Assembly (NCBI GenBank): GCA_021613535.1
Contig: CP075492.1
Coordinates: 12,834,001 to 12,898,000 of the forward strand
Length of the DNA stretch: 64,000 bases
From: Adineta vaga
Lineage: Eukaryota; Animalia; Rotifera
Direction of reading: 5' to 3'
Every line of letters starts with the position of its first letter. Positions within the stretch are counted from its first letter, which is position 1. Shown one piece after another: positions 57,200 through 64,000 of this stretch. The notes beneath the pieces were generated by a model. The model was not told where the DNA came from and ran no database searches. It saw only the letters and a program-made list of their open reading frames with translations. The position numbers and the translations under genes were made by a program.

Positions 57200-58375
57200 T
57201 TAAGTCGATTTTTTGCCCGTTGTCATTATTGCTGATGGTGCTTTATTTAAACGAATACGTTTCAGATCAGTTGCTAATTTTAATTGTCGAATTAAATGTA
57301 TTTGTTCTTCTTCTAGTCGTTCTTTGGATTCATTTAATGCATGAATTCGTTTGAGAAAATCTTGTAAAGATTTACGTAATTGAAGATTTTCATTTTGAAT
57401 AGCAACACTTCGATCATAGAGAAATTGTTCAGCTTCCTAGAGAAAAAGAAAAACGAAGAAGATAGATTGATTTTCTTCATTAAAAACTAACCTCATCAGC
57501 TTGTCGTCGAATAGATTGAACTTTTGCTCCTTCATCCGTTCGTTGATCATGAAGAACCTTTTCAAATGTCATTCTCATATCTGCAATTTCTCGTACATGT
57601 GTACCACGTAACTGATTAATTTCTTCCTGTAAACGTTTGATTTCATTATTTTGTTGGTCTTGTATATTCTAAAGAGATTATTTTCAAAGAAAAAAAAGCA
57701 ATTTTTTCCAATCAACAAACTCTATATTCTCCAATTGCTTGTAATTCACGATTAGTTTGTGCTAAAAATTGTTCTTTTTTCATTAATTGAGCACGTAATT
57801 CTATACATAGGAATGAGTTCAATGAAAAATGAAAAGAAAAAGACACAACGAACCATTTTTCTTTTGTTCATAATCTTTCAACATATTTTCTTTCTCTCGA
57901 TTAATATCTCGAATTTGTTCTTGATGATAATCAGTTAATGTAATTACTTGATTTTGACGTGTATTCGTCTTCTTAGACATGTATTGCACGTATTCAGCCT
58001 AGAATGAATGTTCTTAAATCAGTTCAAAATGAAATCGATACTTACTGTTTCTGCGCGAACTTTATTTGCTTCTTCATTAAGCCAATGATTTTCTTCTTGA
58101 CTATTAAGAGGATTGAATTTTTATTCGGCAATAGAATTAAGAGACTTACGCTGTACGAACACGCAATTTAATTTCAGCTAATTTTTGAACTTTTTTATCG
58201 AGTCTATTCGAGAGATGAAGATTGACATGAAGAGAAATAATATGATCAAAGAAACTTACTCAGCTTGCAGAACAAGTTCTTTGTCCGATGGACGAAGTTT
58301 TTCGTCTTTTTCTTTTGTATCTTTCTTCTTCTTCTCGGATTTTCCTTTCTTACCTTTCTTACCTTTTGGTGGCAT
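57200..58375 (-). CDS. Coiled-coil protein of the CCDC166/CCDC121 (DUF4515)-like ciliary group, multi-exon
   Basis: MPPKGKKGKKGK start, EENHWLNEEANKVRAET|AEYVQYMSKK, long heptad region ending AIQNENLQLRKSL; X-box in the promoter. Confidence 0.7.
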
Positions 58376-58444
58376 TTTGAAAAAAAAAAGTAAAATTAAC
58401 TTTTTGAAAAACAGCAAATGTCTTAAGTGGCCATTTTTGATTTT

Positions 58445-58458
58445 GTTACTATAGTAAC
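58445..58458. promoter_or_regulatory. Palindromic RFX X-box
   Basis: GTTACTATAGTAAC fits the X-box consensus and lies 70 bp upstream of the ATG of the coiled-coil gene. Confidence 0.7.
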
Positions 58459-59025
58459 ATTTGAATGAAAAGCAGAGGGCGACAGTATAGATTACTTAAT
58501 TATCATATCGATTAAATTAGATTTAAACTTAATTGAAAAAAAAGAATTGATGAGTTCTAATTTGAAAATAAACCTTTTTTTTTCTCAAATCGAAAACCAT
58601 ATTCGAAACGAAGTCCAGAGGAAAAACAAGGTAGTCAGTTGTTATTTTTTTTCTCTCTCTTTTGGAAGAATGTTTTCGTCTGAATGTATTCCACGTCAGT
58701 TTATGATTCATGCAAAATATTACACCACACTTATTCTACTTCAGAATAATGAATCGATCTTAAACGAATCATCGAATGTAAATATTTTTGAGAAATGAGA
58801 TCAGTATTATTCTTCATCAAATCGCAAATATAAGCGAGGTGTACAATTCGATTGCTATTGGTAATTATGAATGTCATATGTGCATTGAAGTGAAACATTC
58901 ATAGTAAACGCGATTGTATTGTGTGTGTGTGCGTTTTTTCGCTTATTTTTCACGGATAGCTTTTACGAGTATAATATCGATAATTTTCTTTTAGAACTTG
59001 CTTTACCTTCGTCTGCATCTTTATC

Positions 59026-60164
59026 ATGTCAACTGAACCGAAAAAACCAGATCCAAATACAGGTACTCAAGGTATACCTTTAACAAGTGTTGCTCCACAA
59101 GCAAGCGATAATGAAAATCGTCGCTATGAGATTGTACAACGTGGTCAATTTCATACACTTAACTATCGTTGTTATTTTCGTGATGTCAAAACCAATACAA
59201 TCGTCTCACCTTTTCATGATATTCCACTTGTTAATGAACAACATACTTCAGCGAGTGGAAATAAAAAGGATATTATCTACAACATGATTGTTGAAGTACC
59301 ACGATGGACAAATGCAAAAATGGAAATTAATAAACAATTGAAATTAAATCCTATTGTTCAAGATGTGAAAAGCGGTGCGTTATTTCTCGAAAGTTTAAAT
59401 CTTCTTGACATTTATATTTTTAGGTAAACCACGTTTTGTTCATAATGTTTTCCCCTATCATGGTTATCTATGGAATTATGGTGCATTACCTCAAACATGG
59501 GAAGATCCCAATCATGTTGATGAAGATACGAAAACAACTGGTGATAATGATCCATTGGATGTTTGTGAAATTGGTACTACTCTTCATGCAACCGGTTCAA
59601 TTGTTCCAGTCAAAATTGTTGGTGTTCTTGGTTTAATTGATGAAGGTGAAACAGATTGGAAATTAATTGGCATTGATATTCGTGATAAACTTGCTTCACA
59701 AGTAAAACATTTTCTTCTTACCAAATTGAAACAAAAAATTTTGCTTTCCTTTTTACTTCTAATAGATCAATGATATTAATGATGTTGATAAACATCTTCC
59801 AGGTTTACTTGAAGCTACTCGTCGTTGGTTTAAATACTACAAAGTTCCCACGGGTAAACCTCCTAATAAATTTGCTCTTAATGAACAATATGCTGATCGT
59901 GAATATGCACAACGTGTAATTGATGAAACACGAAAATATTGGGAAAAACTAGCTAGTGGTGAAACAAAAGTCGAAGAAAAAGTTTGCTCAATTGCAAATA
60001 CAACATTAAATAATCGAGGAACAATTGGTAAAGAAGATGCGGATAAAATTGTTGCAGCCGATGAAAAATATCAAGAACAACCAGCTAAAATTGATATTAC
60101 CGTTCATAATCTTGCCTATGTTGTAGATGAAGAAGAACGTACAACAAAAGAAAAGAAATTTTAA
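59026..60164 (+). CDS. PPA: Family I soluble inorganic pyrophosphatase, 3 exons
   Basis: [68 protein letters not shown]. Confidence 0.96.
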
Positions 60165-60670
60165 ACAAATTCCATACAACTATCTTTTCCGATTTTACAG
60201 GACAACGTTTTCATTACTAAATGTATTACTAATTCGAAAAACTTTTCATTTTTCTTTTGTAATACAGAATTTTTTTTTCGAAAAATATGCAAGAAACAAT
60301 ATGAATTCAGTTTATTATCAGTAAGGGCATAAAAACAATGGATTACTTCATCTCTAGTGATACGCGAAATATTATGACTTTCGCTTGTAGACAAGATTTT
60401 TTGTATGAAGGAAAAGATGAATTGTAGTCTTATTACTTATTGATGATGTTGTTATGAATCTTAAATATTGTTCTTTTATTTAAAAAGGAGTGGAAGATGT
60501 CTGCGCTCCTTCATGTAACAAAAGTGAATACGAGACAATAAAATGTAATCTTAGAACTATAAAAGCTTTCTATCATAAGTCAGCTTGGAAAACACAATTC
60601 ATTGAAGTAAAGTTATAGAAATTTATAATTAAGGAGGCTAAAAGACGAACACCACATACTTTTTATCACC

Positions 60671-61146
60671 ATGAGAAATGTACCTGTGAACCATATTCAA
60701 TATCTACCGTCAAAAAACCCTCATCCACCATTAAATACAGCTAACCCAACGATAGTCAATGAACCACCACCCGCTTATACTACTATCAATAGAAATGGAA
60801 TATACTCTAAACATCTACCTTCAGTAATGTATCAGAATGGTCAACTAATTCTCATCGTTTTTGCAAATCATAATTCAGTTGGTGTTCTTCCAGCAACAAA
60901 TCGACAACCGTCTTTTAGAGATTATAAATATTGGTCGATCTTTAACACATTATTTTCCTGTATGTTTTTAGGTTGTATGGCATTGTGTATGTCTGCTAAG
61001 GCTAAACGAAAGAATTTAACTGGTGATTACCAAGGTCGCGACGAGCAGCACGAGTAGCTATATGTTTAAATATAGCGGCTACGATTATCGGTATTGTTAT
61101 CATAACAGTGATTACTCTTGCACACATTGAACTGATTCATATTTAG
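60671..61146 (+). pseudogene. CD225/dispanin (IFITM-like) protein with a 1-bp deletion near 61037 (pseudogene or sequencing error)
   Basis: DYKYWSIFNTLFSCMFLGCMALCMSAKAK...GDYQG. Adding one G gives ARRAARVAICLNIAATIIGIVIITVITL, the second hydrophobic helix of CD225. Confidence 0.75.
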
Positions 61147-61953
61147 AACATATGTTGTACAATCTATACTTTGTTTGTTCTACTCTCAGTCACCAATATT
61201 TCTTGAATCTCACATAAAACTTTCAATATCTAAATAATTTTATGTCTTATCTTATCAAATATAAATAAATCTAATGCAAATCGTTTCTAGCAAAAAAAAC
61301 AGCAGTTTCTTTTTCAACTGAAATTCAAAAGATTGTTCAGGTAAAGCACCTCATTATTCTCAAGTGTTTTTCCCTGGAATAATTTTCTATAGTGATATCT
61401 CTCATCAACATTACTTACTTCCTCTGAAAAGAATATTTAAAAAGCACAACGCAAAATCAAACTTTAATTAAGTGCTTTTATTTATCGACAAATATCATTT
61501 TTCCTTTTTTGAATTATGTATTTTACCCTCATACCTGAAAAATACTGTATCCGATGCTTATCAAAATCAATATTTTCTTTTTTCTTTCTTAATGTTTAAT
61601 AGATAATATATTTTCATAGTTCGTATCTTCATTTAAACATATTAATATAGTAAATACTTACAGGTGAGTCAAGGACATAAATTCGAGTAGTGTAAAGAAA
61701 ATCAATTATCTCTTAATTCAATAATAACCAAACAGATGGAGAGAGAAAATATCCAAATTCACTAATGAGATAGTTTTTTCGGTGACTGTTTGATAACCTT
61801 TCTTCGTCAACTATCTAGTTGTGGTTCACAAAATTTCAATTCGATATTAGTCTATAGATATACACACTTTATTCACTATTTTGATCAAAAACCAAATTTA
61901 CAACAAGGAAAAACACCTAATCATATTTGAGAATGTAGATAAAAAGTAAGATT

Positions 61954-62469
61954 TCACTGGAAATTTAAAATCCTTTCTATGGATTCATCGAATAGATCAG
62001 GATCGTCTAAATATTGTTCTAAAAATGATAACATATCTTGATTATGATTAGACAATAATTCTTCAATCGGATCGTGAAGACAACTATTGACTTCATTTTG
62101 TAGATTCTGTTTTTTTTCTTGAAGTTGTTGAAGATAACTTTGTAGACTTGTATGTTCACCTTCGAGTTCTTTCAATTTTTGATCAAGTTCTTCTTCAATT
62201 AGTTGTCGTCGTTCCTTTAATTTTCGTGCAGCTTCACGATTCTTTTCGCGTCTTTGTTCGCGTTTAATTGCTTCATCACCACTAAGAACGAGATGTTTTG
62301 ATCGACGACCAGTTGCAATTGTTGGAGCTGGTCTACGTATTTGTCGAATCTTTATTGGACCATATTCTACGGTATTAGAATTCGTCGCAAATGCTTCACT
62401 GTCATTTGAATCGATTGATGAAATTGAATGTTGTGTTGAATATGCATTAAATGAGTTGCTTGGGAACAT
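61954..62469 (-). CDS. Intronless Fos/ATF3-like bZIP transcription factor
   Basis: KREQRREKNREAARKLKERR basic region plus a leucine zipper (L..L..L..L..L). Confidence 0.85.
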   Translation of the reverse strand: MFPSNSFNAYSTQHSISSIDSNDSEAFATNSNTVEYGPIKIRQIRRPAPTIATGRRSKHLVLSGDEAIKREQRREKNREAARKLKERRQLIEEELDQKLKELEGEHTSLQSYLQQLQEKKQNLQNEVNSCLHDPIEELLSNHNQDMLSFLEQYLDDPDLFDESIERILNFQ

Positions 62470-62517
62470 GTTAAATAATTCGTGTAAATGATATGAAAAT
62501 CAAAGAAACACCGGCGC

Positions 62518-62541
62518 ATTTATATATTTCGTCTGACGTCA
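62518..62541 (-). promoter_or_regulatory. TATA box plus palindromic CRE of the bZIP gene
   Basis: Minus strand reads TGACGTCA (62534-62541), then TATATAAA (~62519-62526), about 50 bp upstream of the ATG. Confidence 0.65.
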
Positions 62542-64000
62542 GCAGATAATCATAATGCGTGAAGGAACGAAAATAAAAGATATAAAATTCGGACTTGATT
62601 TTGTTCGATCATCGTGACAACTAATTAGATGTCGATTAGAGTTACAAAGTATCATTTTAATGATTTTTTAACGAAGGTAAATGGAAGTACGGTATGTATA
62701 TTTTTTCATTCTCTGCATCCGAAAATATGTCTGACGGTCAAGATAAACCTATGATAAATATTAATCACGTAAATTAATTAATTCTTCTTCTATTTTTTCT
62801 CTTTTTTAATCATTATGAATATGTTCTTTAAGTTCTGGTCACAATGAATAAGAGTATATTAATAAGAATGACAAATCATGAAAACGTAGGAGGGGTGAAA
62901 ATCGTCAAGCTATATTTGCATTTTAAGAAGAAAAAAACTTGTCTTGATGCATAAATGACGACCATTCAAATTGAATTTTGAACAATATACAAAGTTTCGA
63001 TACGTGATTCTTTTCAGCGCGTGAGATCGAATGTAAATGAAATATTCACTGCTTAAATATGAGGTAAATAGGTTGATTAAATTTGTTACAGCTTAGTTTG
63101 AAATATAAGTGATATGATAACCTTCAGTTGATGACTGATCGAATCATTGAAAGAATATTAAAATATTTAATGTGTTTTTTGACATTTTCTCTAATTTATA
63201 CTAAAATATTAACCCTTCTTTTTCTCTTTTTTTTTATTTTTTTTTTATATCTTGTCACCTGTCGATATCGATTTTATCGCTCATATTCGTGAAAAATCAC
63301 TAAGATTTAAATGAAATATTTTATCTTCTAATTAGCAAGAAACAGATAGGTCATTCTGATCCGAAAATCGATATGTACTCAAGAAGGCCCACAATAACAT
63401 ATAAACATATCTACGAAAGAAACAAATTGTTGCAAATGTGGATCCACATTTTCAAGTATATGTAGACTCTTAGGAACATAAAAAATATATGCAAAATGAT
63501 TCAATGGTATCTATCCAATAATTCCTGAAGCATTATTCTATGAATTTTCATTCAAAACGGATTTAGTGAGAAATGTCGAAAAAAGTAAAAGAAAACTTCC
63601 TTATATGAATATTTTCTTTATCTTTTTTCGACATCTTCCTATTCGGCGTTTTTCTTTTCACTAAAAAATGTCATTCGCCCAATATCATATCACATCAACT
63701 CACAAATGGATAAAAACTTAATAAGATTTAATTCTTCTATATGTGCATATAAACGATGTTATCGACACCAAAGTTCGATTGCTATCGTTCTTTCTCAACT
63801 CATCGCTGTAGAAACAAAAAATACAGGTAAGTAACTATACTGATCAAAATCTTTAGATTTATTTAATAAAATTACATTGAAGAATAATATTCTTTTTTTA
63901 TAATAACTATTTATTCTCAAAAAAGTATGCAAAAAGAACAAATTATTCATTTACATGAGTACGATAAGAAAAAATGAATATCGAATCTTAATTACGCTGT

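Overview
Very AT-rich eukaryotic (metazoan) genomic DNA with compact genes and many ~50-70 nt GT-AG introns. This style fits a bdelloid rotifer (Adineta/Rotaria-like); the taxon is an inference. About 20 protein-coding loci were reconstructed by eye, in order: FoxO, PAM16, ABCE1, a tandem pair of intronless GGCT + MAPR/cytochrome-b5-like fusion genes (copy 2 frameshifted), a 4-TM orphan, a CDKL kinase, a SLOG-TM-Nudix TRPM/TRPS-type channel, a BTB protein, carboxypeptidase E-like, an atypical LRR-TM receptor, a B-box-like orphan, an intronless orphan, a small low-complexity orphan, a SUEL-CUB-CTL receptor, a LINE-ORF1-like zinc-knuckle gene, CAPON/NOS1AP, CCDC166-like, inorganic pyrophosphatase, a frameshifted IFITM/CD225 protein and a Fos/ATF3-like bZIP. 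Top findings: (1) the GGCT-MAPR fusion duplicates with gene-conversion-like mosaicism; (2) the TRP channel with a dead Nudix box and an odd pore/S6; (3) a GT-TG intron splitting the catalytic Asp codon of the CDKL HRD motif; (4) a candidate box C/D snoRNA in the only long ABCE1 intron; (5) a FoxO without recognisable Akt sites. No CRISPR array, rRNA, intact tRNA or intact transposon was seen. Exon boundaries are manual and unverified.
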